The notes under the pieces are model-generated. The model searched no databases and had not been told where the DNA came from. It was given only the letters and a program-made list of their open reading frames with translations. The translations under genes and the position numbers were made by a program. This document shows positions 29,855 to 38,790 of a stretch of DNA of 64,000 nucleotides, piece after piece (positions within the stretch are counted from its first letter, which is position 1; each line of letters opens with the position of its first letter). Source of the stretch: Salinispira sp. (GTDB lineage: Bacteria > Spirochaetota > Spirochaetia > DSM-27196 > Salinispiraceae); NCBI GenBank assembly GCA_965602015.1, contig OZ271918.1:512001-576000 (forward strand). The letters run 5' to 3'.

Positions 29855-31546
29855 TTAAAAGGCCGAATCATCCACCCCGTCAAGCCATTGGGCGACTGAT
29901 TCTGCCACCTCGGCAATGGTATCCTCTTTAAAAGGGTTCTTTATTCCCGCTCTCTTTACCAGCTCAAGGAAGGGTGCCGATCCCCCCATGCCGCACAGGT
30001 CCTTGTAGCTTTTCCATGCTGCGCCATGGTCATCACGGTCCCATTTCCAATACTGAAAGGCGCAGATTTGCGCAAGTGTGTAGTCAATATAATAGAACGG
30101 GGATTGGAATATATGGCTTTGCCTGTGCCACCAGGCTCCCCGCTCCAGATTTTCAATGCCGCCGTAATCGATATTCGGCCAGTATCGCGATTCGCATTCC
30201 CGGTAAAAATCGCAGCGCTGTTCGGGGGTTGCCTCGGGGTTTTCATAGACCATGTGTTGAAATTCATCGACCATTGCGCCATAGGGGAGAAAACGCAGGG
30301 CATCGGTCAAATGGCCGTATCGGTATTTATCCGCATCATCGGCCAGAAGATCCATGTGCGGCCATGCGAAGAACTCCATGCTCATGGAATGGATTTCGCA
30401 GGCTTCGTAAGTCGCGAACAGATATTCTATAAAGCGGTGGTGTCTGCTCGAATAGGTTTGAAAGGCGTGCCCGGCCTCGTGGGTAAGAACATCAATGTCT
30501 CCCGACGTGCCGTTGAAATTAGAAAAAATGAAGGGAACTTCGAACTCCGGAAGATAATCGCAGAATCCGCCCCCGGCCTTGCCTTTCCGGGCTTCCAGAT
30601 CCAGCAACTCCCGCTCAACCATGAATCTGAAAAACTCGGATGTTTCCGGGGAGAGTCTGTCATAAAACTCCCGGGCTCTCTCTGTCATCAGCGTTTTGTC
30701 ACCCGCAGGCATTGGATTGCCCGTTGGAAACACATACCCCCGGTCCCAGACTTTTGGGTCCTGTATTCCGAGGCGCTTCCATTGAGCGCTGTAAAGCTTT
30801 TCCGCCAGGGGAACGATGTGCTTTTGAATAGCCTTGCGATACACGGCAACTTCATCCGGCCCATAGTCCGTGCGCAGCATCCTGTCGTATCCGAGCTGCA
30901 CATAATTATCGTATCCGAGTTTTTGTGCCATTGCGGTGCGCAAACGGACCAGCTCGTCATATATACTGTCCATCTCGGAGCCCTTCTCCTGATTAAACGC
31001 ATTGAGGGCTCTGACCGCTGCTTCCCGTTCAGCGCGTTTGCTCACCTGGCAAAACGGGACCATCTGGGCGAGATTTCTGTCCTCGCCTTTGTAGGGTATT
31101 CTTGCAGAGGCTCGTAGCTTCACATAGCGGGAAACAAGGGAGTTCTCTTTCTGCATGTCCTCAATTATTTCCGGTTTGAATGAAATGAGCTTTTTTTCCG
31201 CCAGATTAAAATAATGCTGCCCCATCCTGGAGCTGAGCTCGGACTTGTACGGCGTTGCGCAAAGCGCCTTGAAGTAGGCGTTCACCGCTTCTTCATACAG
31301 GGGTTCGTTTTCATCAAAAAAATCATTTTCAGCGTCGTAAAAAGAATCGTCGGTGTTCTGCTCATGACGGATGATGCCCAGGGAGGCTTGCGAATCAAAC
31401 GTGACCCGAATATCGTTTATTTTCTCCATCACGGCGAAGGCGTCATCTGCCGATCGGGCTGCGGAAAACTGTCCGATGAGCTCAGCCATGGACTGTTTGA
31501 GTTTGGCGATATCGGGTCGTGAATAGGGAAGTTCCGAAAATTTCAT
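29855..31546 (-). CDS. M3 family oligoendopeptidase
   Basis: GKAGGGFC, THEAGHAFQ, EIHSMSMEF, PFYYIDY. Confidence 0.92.
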   Translation of the reverse strand: MKFSELPYSRPDIAKLKQSMAELIGQFSAARSADDAFAVMEKINDIRVTFDSQASLGIIRHEQNTDDSFYDAENDFFDENEPLYEEAVNAYFKALCATPYKSELSSRMGQHYFNLAEKKLISFKPEIIEDMQKENSLVSRYVKLRASARIPYKGEDRNLAQMVPFCQVSKRAEREAAVRALNAFNQEKGSEMDSIYDELVRLRTAMAQKLGYDNYVQLGYDRMLRTDYGPDEVAVYRKAIQKHIVPLAEKLYSAQWKRLGIQDPKVWDRGYVFPTGNPMPAGDKTLMTERAREFYDRLSPETSEFFRFMVERELLDLEARKGKAGGGFCDYLPEFEVPFIFSNFNGTSGDIDVLTHEAGHAFQTYSSRHHRFIEYLFATYEACEIHSMSMEFFAWPHMDLLADDADKYRYGHLTDALRFLPYGAMVDEFQHMVYENPEATPEQRCDFYRECESRYWPNIDYGGIENLERGAWWHRQSHIFQSPFYYIDYTLAQICAFQYWKWDRDDHGAAWKSYKDLCGMGGSAPFLELVKRAGIKNPFKEDTIAEVAESVAQWLDGVDDSAF

Positions 31547-31767
31547 GAGGTCCTCCGTTTCCGTATCTTACTACCGCGGGTTGCAGGCACAGTAGCAGCC
31601 GCTCAGTGATTCAGCAGATTGCATTAACATCAGATCACGGTGGGTAATCTTAACACGATATTCGATGATGATAATTTTTTTTAGCGATCAACCGGCTCGA
31701 TGAGGGAGGTTTGACCGATAACTCCATCACTTGCCGCAGAGTGCGATTGGCACTATGCTCGTATATT

Positions 31768-32991
31768 ATGAGGTCAATCCGGGAACTATTCCGTATCGGC
31801 AGGGGACCATCAAGCAGTCATACCATGGGTCCCGGTATTGCCGCCGAGCAATTCAAGGTAAAGAATCAGAACGCCTCTTCCTTCAGGGTCACCCTTTTCG
31901 GAAGCCTCGGGGCGACGGGCAAAGGCCACCTGACAGATTATGCGGTGGAACTGGCACTCCGTCCTGCGCCCGTCGAAATTGTGTGGAAGCCCGGCGAAAC
32001 TCTGCCCTTTCATCCCAATGGAATGCTGTTTGAAGCTCTCGACGCCCATGCGCGGCTAATGGCCGATTGGACGGTGTACAGCACTGGCGGCGGCGCTCTT
32101 TCCGAAGGGAAGCCGGTAGACGGAAACAGCGAAGGCGATATCTATCCGCTCACCAATCTCAGCGATGTAATCTCCGAATGCGCCCCGAACGGCGTTGAGT
32201 TCTGGGAGTATGTGGAACACATTGAGGGACCGGGAATTTGGGATTTCCTCGCTGATGTCTGGGAGGCAATGATGCATTCGGTCGACCGGGGCCTTGAAAA
32301 CAGCGGCGTCCTTCCCGGTGGTCTCGGAGTGTCGCGAAAGGCTTCGGCGTTGTACCGAAAGGCCCAACTAAGCGGCGGGCAGTCCAACAGAACCGGCTTC
32401 CTGGCAGCCTATGCCCATGCGGTTTCCGAGGAAAATGCCGCTGCGGGAATTGTCGTCACCGCGCCTACCTGCGGATCCGCCGGAGTGGTTCCTGCAGTGC
32501 TGAGATACCTCCACGAAACCATAAGCTGTGATAAACGGGTGTTTCTTCAGGCGCTGGCAACCGCCGGTCTGGTGGGCAATGTGGTGAAGCACAACGCTTC
32601 CATCAGCGGAGCCGCGGTAGGCTGCCAGGGGGAAGTCGGCGCGGCCTGCGCAATGGCCTCGGCGGCGGCGGCCCAGGTTCTCGGGGGAACCGTCCGGCAG
32701 ATAGAATACGCGGCGGAAATCGGCCTGGAACATTTCCTCGGGCTGACCTGCGATCCGGTAGCCGGTCTTGTGCAGATTCCCTGCATTGAACGCAATACCT
32801 TCGGCGCCACCCGGGCGATGAGCGTTGCGGACTATGCGATGTTTACCGATGGGTACCATCGTGTGAGCTTTGACGAGGTGGTTCATGTGATGAAAAAGAC
32901 CGGTCATGATCTGCCTTCATTGTACCGGGAAACCTCCGAAGGCGGGCTTGCGGTGCATCTTTCTGATCCCCGGTTTCGCCCTCTCCAGTAA
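31768..32991 (+). CDS. sdaA: L-serine ammonia-lyase, FeS-dependent
   Basis: GPSSSHTMGP, TGKGH, VTAPTCGSAG, GCQGEVG, LGLTCDP, QIPCIERN, RETSEGGLA. Confidence 0.92.
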   Translation: MRSIRELFRIGRGPSSSHTMGPGIAAEQFKVKNQNASSFRVTLFGSLGATGKGHLTDYAVELALRPAPVEIVWKPGETLPFHPNGMLFEALDAHARLMADWTVYSTGGGALSEGKPVDGNSEGDIYPLTNLSDVISECAPNGVEFWEYVEHIEGPGIWDFLADVWEAMMHSVDRGLENSGVLPGGLGVSRKASALYRKAQLSGGQSNRTGFLAAYAHAVSEENAAAGIVVTAPTCGSAGVVPAVLRYLHETISCDKRVFLQALATAGLVGNVVKHNASISGAAVGCQGEVGAACAMASAAAAQVLGGTVRQIEYAAEIGLEHFLGLTCDPVAGLVQIPCIERNTFGATRAMSVADYAMFTDGYHRVSFDEVVHVMKKTGHDLPSLYRETSEGGLAVHLSDPRFRPLQ

Positions 32992-33049
32992 CAGTCAATG
33001 GGATTACGGCTCCCCGGTGTGACCTTCCCACTCCCGACATCTACCCATG

Positions 33050-34744
33050 TTAGGTAAGAACAACAGCGGTATGGACTTTGCCGGCCCGCTCGTGGCTGGC
33101 GGTAAGCATTAGTTCAGTTCCGCTCGGTGCCTTGATGACCCATTCCACACTCGCCCTATCCGGATAAAACTGTCCCTGAAACATGGTCCAGGGAGTAACC
33201 GCAGTATGGGAATATGAGCGGCCCTCAAGCTGTTCTCCGATAACCCGTTTCTTTCCCGAAAGCAGGGCAGCGCCCTCGGGAATATCAATTTCATAACAGA
33301 CGCCCCGGACGATTTTTTTCTCAATCGCCTGTTTGGATACATATGTGGGGAGCCAGCCGTTGTTTTGCACCGACATTTTCACAAGCCAGGAATCCTGGCC
33401 CGTCTGTTCCACCTCGGTCTTGAAAATCTCCAGGCAGGGGGAAATGGCGAGATGCCATACCAGCCAATCGGTAAACGGCGCAATTTCCGCCTCGAGGTAG
33501 GCGCCGGGGGGATTTCGCCAGCAATAAAGATAGTCCCATCCGCCGAGCTCCACGCTGCCTAGATCAGGATGCTCGAAGGGGTACCAGTCGATGTATCCCT
33601 TTCCGTCGAGTTTTTCATCGCTCCATTTTATCATCTTTATATCGTCTTCAATCGGATGATTGCGGTACCAGTCTATGTAGTGTTTCGGTTCAACCCCGGC
33701 CTGACGCTGGGGACTCCAAATTTCCACCGTCCAGGAAAACAGGCCCAGGTGGGAGAACAGCCATTCATCAAAACCGCCGGTAATAACCTGCTTGGGGTGA
33801 TAGCGAAAATCATGGTACACCGAGTACACCGGATAGCCGGTTATTTCTGTCGCCTTTTCACCGATCTCCTTGTATACCCACAGATCTTCAGGAGCAAAAT
33901 CATCATCAGGGTGGGTCTCGAAGGGTCGCAGGATGACTCCGCTCCAGGTATGAAAGGCGACGCCGCCGGTAATATTCCGGTGAGCAGTGATAAAATCAAC
34001 GGCAGCCCGCACTTCAGGTTCGGATCCGGGGTAGGGACCTGCGCCGATTTGTTCACCTTCGCCTCTCCAGTTCGCCGGAAAGTTTCTGTTGAAATCCAGG
34101 CCCTGTTTTTTCTTGGCCCAGTCGATTCTGATTCCGTCGAAATCCTTTACCCGGCCCTCACGGAGTACCCGGTAATACTGACCTCCGCTTTCCGCCGGAT
34201 CTCTTCTTACCATTAGTCGGGGGTCTGCTTCCGAGGTCTTCCACTGCCCGTCGGGATCGGGAATACGCATGGAAAGAATCCGGCCGTCACCGTCAACATC
34301 CCGGGCTTCAAGCCCTTCTGTGGGATCCTCGTCAAACGGCCAGGGGCGGGTTCCCGAACGAACCTCTTCGAGCCGGTCTGAGAGAATGAGCTCAGCACCG
34401 TCGGGGTTAAGCCGGGGACAAATATAAAACGCCCGGGTGTCCAAAACGCGGGTAATTTGGGGATCCTGGCCATATCTGCGAATCAGTTTGTTAATCGCGT
34501 ATAAGCAGGCCGAAGAGGGTGCGAGCTCCGTGGCATGAATATTTCCATCCACCCACATCGCCGGCTTGTCAGCCGCTGGCCCGGTCTTGCTGTTGGTTAT
34601 TTCTACGAGCGGAATACTGCGGCCCTCATGACTTGTACCTATTGAAACCAGAGTGCACAGCTGCGGATACTCAGACTCGAACTGCTTCAGGATTCCGGTG
34701 AGATCATCATAATTGTAGTAGCGGTCAAACTGCACGTCAGCCAT
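33050..34744 (-). CDS. M14 zinc carboxypeptidase family protein
   Basis: IHATE, NPDG, DFNRNF, SEPE, FHTWSG; AGGAGG SD before ATG 34744. Confidence 0.88.
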   Translation of the reverse strand: MADVQFDRYYNYDDLTGILKQFESEYPQLCTLVSIGTSHEGRSIPLVEITNSKTGPAADKPAMWVDGNIHATELAPSSACLYAINKLIRRYGQDPQITRVLDTRAFYICPRLNPDGAELILSDRLEEVRSGTRPWPFDEDPTEGLEARDVDGDGRILSMRIPDPDGQWKTSEADPRLMVRRDPAESGGQYYRVLREGRVKDFDGIRIDWAKKKQGLDFNRNFPANWRGEGEQIGAGPYPGSEPEVRAAVDFITAHRNITGGVAFHTWSGVILRPFETHPDDDFAPEDLWVYKEIGEKATEITGYPVYSVYHDFRYHPKQVITGGFDEWLFSHLGLFSWTVEIWSPQRQAGVEPKHYIDWYRNHPIEDDIKMIKWSDEKLDGKGYIDWYPFEHPDLGSVELGGWDYLYCWRNPPGAYLEAEIAPFTDWLVWHLAISPCLEIFKTEVEQTGQDSWLVKMSVQNNGWLPTYVSKQAIEKKIVRGVCYEIDIPEGAALLSGKKRVIGEQLEGRSYSHTAVTPWTMFQGQFYPDRASVEWVIKAPSGTELMLTASHERAGKVHTAVVLT

Positions 34745-34808
34745 GGAAGCCTCCTGGTATTTGCTATGAAAGTATACCATGAGACAATCCGGCTCAGCGA
34801 AAAGATTA

Positions 34809-35266
34809 GCTTCAAGTCCAGATGCTTATCGATAAAAAAAAGCTTCCAGATCCTTATAGATCTGAAAGCTTTTTTTGATGCGGCGAACTGGACTTGCCCT
34901 CCGGTCGTCGCCATCGTGGCTCCTCCCTCCGGGCCGCCTCCGTCGCTAAATCGCCGTCCAGGCGATTTGCGCTCGCAGCGCTCGCGCCGCTCCTCCGTTT
35001 CAAGTCCAGCTATTTGGCCATAAAAAAAGCTCGTCGATCTAAAGATCAACGAGCTTTCTTTGCGGCGAACTGGACTTGGTCTACAGCCTTCGGCGTCCTG
35101 CCTCAGGCTTCCGACCCGTCTCAGCTCCTGATTTGCCATCCCGGCAATTCGCGCTCCAGGTGTTCGCGCCGGAGCTTCGCTTCAAGTCCAGATGCTTATC
35201 GATAAAAAAAAGCTTCCAGATCCTTATAGATCTGAAAGCTTTTTTTGATGCGGCGAACTGGACTTG
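34809..35266 (-). repeat. tRNA-linked tandem array: three copies of [tRNA-Leu 3' end + terminator hairpin + anti-T-arm] separated by ~100-bp structured inserts
   Basis: TGCGGCGAACTGGACTTG at 34879-34896, 35061-35078 and 35249-35266; 88-bp blocks 34809-34896 and 35179-35266 are identical. Confidence 0.9.
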
Positions 35267-35332
35267 AACCAGCACGTCCTAACGGACACTAGCCCCTCAA
35301 GCTAGCGCGTCTACCAATTCCGCCACCGCCGC
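35249..35332 (-). tRNA. tRNA-Leu(GAG)
   Basis: GCGGCGGTGGCGGAATTGGTAGACGCGCTAGCTTGAGGGGCTAG...GGTTCAAGTCCAGTTCGCCGCA; long variable arm; no CCA. Confidence 0.95.
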
Positions 35333-35383
35333 AGGTAGACATTTTCGCGCACTGCCTAAAAGCCGCCGCGAAATGTAAGCGTG

Positions 35384-35412
35384 ATATTATCGAAGCATTG
35401 CGAACGTGTCAA
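35384..35412 (-). promoter_or_regulatory. Sigma70-type promoter of tRNA-Leu(GAG)
   Basis: TTGACA (35412-35407), 17 bp, TAATAT (35389-35384). Confidence 0.65.
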
Positions 35413-35434
35413 CAGAAAATAGTCAAAGCCACGC

Positions 35435-36109
35435 TTAGCCTTTATCTTTGGTTTTCCGCTGTGTTGACGCCAGCTCATCAATGCTGATTCCGCGGTAATC
35501 CGTAATTGTTTTGAGGCAACCTGCGGCCCTGAGCTCCGATCTGCTATGGGTGCTTTCAATACCAATAACCCGTACACCCAAGTGACGAGCCGCCTCAATT
35601 CCCGCGAAGGAATCTTCGAAAATGACCGCTTCATCGGGACGGATATCCAATAACGACAGGGTCCTGGCAAATATTTCCGGATCGGGCTTTCCTTTAGTGA
35701 TGTCCTGGCTGCCGCTGATAGCGTTAAAATAATCGCGAATTCCAAGACCGTCTAGAATAAAATCAATATTCGGTTTGTCCCCCATGGTCGCCAACGCGAT
35801 TTTGAGGCCACAGGATCGGGCTTCCGCAAGAAAGGCCGATAGTCCCCGTACTTCCTTCATCTCCGGTTTATACATCTTCCTGTAGAGCTGCTCTTTTTCC
35901 TGCCCCAAAGAAATGAGTTGTTGGCGGTCCGTGTCGATTCCGAAAAACCGGCCGATCACCTCATCAATGGTTCCCTGGATGGCGCGTTGAGCATCAGCGG
36001 CCGTCAGATGCACCCCGTGACGGCTGAGAAACTCGATCCATGAGCGCTGATGGACATGCATGTTATCAACCAATGTGCCGTCCATATCAAAAATCAAGGC
36101 GCGAATCAT
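35435..36109 (-). CDS. HAD family phosphatase (beta-PGM-like)
   Basis: FDMDGTLVD, GKPDPEIF, FEDSFAG. Confidence 0.9.
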   Translation of the reverse strand: MIRALIFDMDGTLVDNMHVHQRSWIEFLSRHGVHLTAADAQRAIQGTIDEVIGRFFGIDTDRQQLISLGQEKEQLYRKMYKPEMKEVRGLSAFLAEARSCGLKIALATMGDKPNIDFILDGLGIRDYFNAISGSQDITKGKPDPEIFARTLSLLDIRPDEAVIFEDSFAGIEAARHLGVRVIGIESTHSRSELRAAGCLKTITDYRGISIDELASTQRKTKDKG

Positions 36110-36190
36110 TTTGCGATCAAACCCCCGGGGTACCCGCCCAAAACTGTCTGGCCCCGCGGAAATCCGCGAGGCCTGCCTGGACCACCTTTT

Positions 36191-38002
36191 TTATGCAAGT
36201 AAATCTTCCAGCTCGTCCACCAGATTGCCGAATAGTTTCATGGCGTTGTTCACCGGCTCGGGTTTCGACATGTCAACGCCGGCGACCTTCAGGCTGTCGA
36301 TTGGAAAACGGCTGCCGCCGCTTTTCAGAAACTTGAAGTAATCCTCGCGTTCCCCGTCGCCTCCTTCCAGGACACGGGTGCTTAGGGCGATGGCAGCGCT
36401 CAAACCGGTTGCATATTTATAGACATAGAATGCCCGGTAAAAGTGCGGTATTCGAAGCCCCTCCATGCTGGCAAGTTCGGGAATTTCCACATCAGGCCCA
36501 AAATAGGTCTCAAGCAGTTTGCGGTATTCGTCCCGAAAACTCTGAACCGTCATTGCCTGCCCGCCTTCGACGAGTTCGTGGCAGCGCAGTTCATACTCGG
36601 CAAACATGGTCTGGCGGAAAATAGTGCCTATCATATCGTCGACCCTTTTATTCACCAGGTAGGCTTTGAGTTTAGGATCGTCGGTCTTATTCAACATGTG
36701 AGTGAACAGGAGCTGTTCGTTGAATGTGGAGGCCACTTCCGCTTCGAAAATAGTGTAATTGTAATGGGGAAAGGGGTTGCTCTTGGAGGAATACCAGGAG
36801 TGCATTGAGTGTCCCCCCTCATGGGCCAGGGTAAACACATCCCGAAGCAGGTCCTCCTTGAAATTCATAAGAATATAGGGTTCGCCGATAAAACTGCCTG
36901 CGCTGAACGCCCCGCTGCGTTTTCCCTTGTTCTCATACTTGTCGACCCAGCCGCCAGAAGGACCGCCCTTGAGGCCTTTTGCAATGGTTGCCACATATTC
37001 TTCGCCCAGGGGAGCCAATGCCTCGGTGATTACTTCAACCGCCTGGTCATAGCTGTGGTTCATCGTCACATCGCCAACAAGGGGAACCCGGGTGTCGATG
37101 AGAGAAAAGTCTTTTATTCCCAGTACCTTCTTTCTCAAACCGTAGTATCGGTGGAGCAGGGGAAGCTGATCGTTCACACTGTTTACCAGATTGTGATACA
37201 CCGACGGGTCCACGTTGTCCGGAAACAGGGCCGCCTCAAGGGATGATCCGTACCCTCGTACCCTGGCGCGGTATATATCCTGATTGATGCTGCCGGCATA
37301 TAGGCTGGAAATGGTGTTTTTATGATTTTCAAGTTCGGAGTGGTATTGGGTGAATGCGTTGCGCCGAACATCCCGGTCGCTGCTTTGCATAAAGCTGGCC
37401 AAGGTGCTGTTGGTCAGCGGTTTTCGCCCTTCTGGGGTATCGATCTCGCCAAAATCGATATCTACATCAAGCAACGCGTCAAAGGTCTTGGAAGGAGTCT
37501 GACTGCTTTCTGCCTGCATGGCGAGAAGCCGTTCTTCCTTGTCACTGAGGATGTGGGGTTTATAACGCAATAGCTTGCTGAGGAAAATCCGGTAATCGGC
37601 GAAATCCTCGCGTTTCAACCAGGCTTCGATGCTGCTTTTCTCGATAGTCTGAATTTCCGGGGCTATAAAGCTTGTCGCTGCTTCGGCCTTTGCGGCCACC
37701 TGCATAAAACGGCCCTGACGGGATTGGCTCTCTGAATCACCCTGATCTTCCGCCATGCGGAGGAAGGCATAATACCCCAGGCGCTCGGAGAGCAAGTCGA
37801 GTTTGAAGTTGAGCTGAAGGCACTCGAGCAGTTTTTCCGCCGAATTACCCAGGCTTCCCTTGTATGCCTCTATGGCGGGGTAGGATTTTTCCAGTTCGGT
37901 AAGGCCGCGTTCCCATTCCTCGGGTCCGTTATACAGGGCGGAAAGATTCCATCTCTGGTCGGCCGGAACGGCGTTTCTTTCGCGCGTGGGATTAATGCTC
38001 AT
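36191..38002 (-). CDS. pepF: Oligoendopeptidase F (M3B)
   Basis: WNLSALY, GKRSGAFS, TLAHEGGHSMHS, AEVAST, RQTMFAE, IPHFY, FYVYKYATG. Confidence 0.93.
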   Translation of the reverse strand: MSINPTRERNAVPADQRWNLSALYNGPEEWERGLTELEKSYPAIEAYKGSLGNSAEKLLECLQLNFKLDLLSERLGYYAFLRMAEDQGDSESQSRQGRFMQVAAKAEAATSFIAPEIQTIEKSSIEAWLKREDFADYRIFLSKLLRYKPHILSDKEERLLAMQAESSQTPSKTFDALLDVDIDFGEIDTPEGRKPLTNSTLASFMQSSDRDVRRNAFTQYHSELENHKNTISSLYAGSINQDIYRARVRGYGSSLEAALFPDNVDPSVYHNLVNSVNDQLPLLHRYYGLRKKVLGIKDFSLIDTRVPLVGDVTMNHSYDQAVEVITEALAPLGEEYVATIAKGLKGGPSGGWVDKYENKGKRSGAFSAGSFIGEPYILMNFKEDLLRDVFTLAHEGGHSMHSWYSSKSNPFPHYNYTIFEAEVASTFNEQLLFTHMLNKTDDPKLKAYLVNKRVDDMIGTIFRQTMFAEYELRCHELVEGGQAMTVQSFRDEYRKLLETYFGPDVEIPELASMEGLRIPHFYRAFYVYKYATGLSAAIALSTRVLEGGDGEREDYFKFLKSGGSRFPIDSLKVAGVDMSKPEPVNNAMKLFGNLVDELEDLLA

Positions 38003-38097
38003 GATGGCTCCTTGTTGATTATGTAATGATGTATGTGTGTTTTTAGAGTACGAAGCAATCCGGATTCCGGCAAGCAGAATCTCGCGGCTGATTACTT

Positions 38098-38763
38098 CTA
38101 ATTCCCCCGGTCGCTGTCTGCTCCGAGAGATTCCAAGAAGGAGAGAATGCGGCGCGTTGCCTTTGCTCTATGGCTGACTCTGGCTTTTTCTCCAGCCGGA
38201 AGATCGGCCACGCTTATTCCCCGTTCAGGAAGGAAGAAGATCGGATCGTAACCAAAACCGCCCGAAGCAGTTGAGGGTTCAGGGGCGATTTCACCCTCCC
38301 AGGTCTCCTGTGCAGTGAAAAAACGATTGTTATTGATCAACAGGCTCATACAGCAGACATATCTGGCGCTCCGCTTGTTCTTTCCCGCAAGTATTTCTAG
38401 CAGGAGCGCATTTTGCTCGGCAGGGCTGAGCTTTCTTCCAGCTTCCCGGTGGCCGAACCGCGCTGAGAAAATTCCCGGTGCTCCGTCGAGGGCGTCCACG
38501 CAAATTCCCGAATCATCGGCGAGCACCGGCGGTAGAGGGCATTCGGGAAAGCGGTTCTCAAAGGCTTTCTTCCCGGTTCTGCTGGTCAACAGTTGGTATA
38601 GTTCCCTCGCCTTTATCAGGCTATTTTCGAGAAAACTGTTTCCGTCCTCCGTTGGGTCGAAATCCGGGAAGATGGAGCCAACAGGTATTAATTGGTGACC
38701 GGTTAGTATATCCTGCAGTTCTTCAATTTTATGTTGATTATTGCTGGCAATAATAAGGTTCAT
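38098..38763 (-). CDS. rdgB: Non-canonical purine NTP pyrophosphatase (Ham1 family)
   Basis: ASNNQHK, DDSGI, GAPGIFSARF, GFGYDPIF, SHR. Confidence 0.92.
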   Translation of the reverse strand: MNLIIASNNQHKIEELQDILTGHQLIPVGSIFPDFDPTEDGNSFLENSLIKARELYQLLTSRTGKKAFENRFPECPLPPVLADDSGICVDALDGAPGIFSARFGHREAGRKLSPAEQNALLLEILAGKNKRSARYVCCMSLLINNNRFFTAQETWEGEIAPEPSTASGGFGYDPIFFLPERGISVADLPAGEKARVSHRAKATRRILSFLESLGADSDRGN

Positions 38764-38790
38764 GCACGCAGAATACCCGCAGACCTGCGG

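Noticed and set aside
34809..35266. CRISPR array
   Set aside because: Repeat blocks are 80-88 bp, contain tRNA sequence and terminators, inserts are ~100 bp and resemble each other, and there are no cas genes
34687..35275. ORFs over the repeat array (34687-35139, 34766-35023, 34894-35205, 35076-35267, 35081-35275)
   Set aside because: They run through terminators and tRNA sequence and have no protein-like features
34809..35332. Prophage or genomic island at tRNA-Leu
   Set aside because: The att-like duplications enclose under 200 bp each; no integrase or cargo; flanks are ordinary genes
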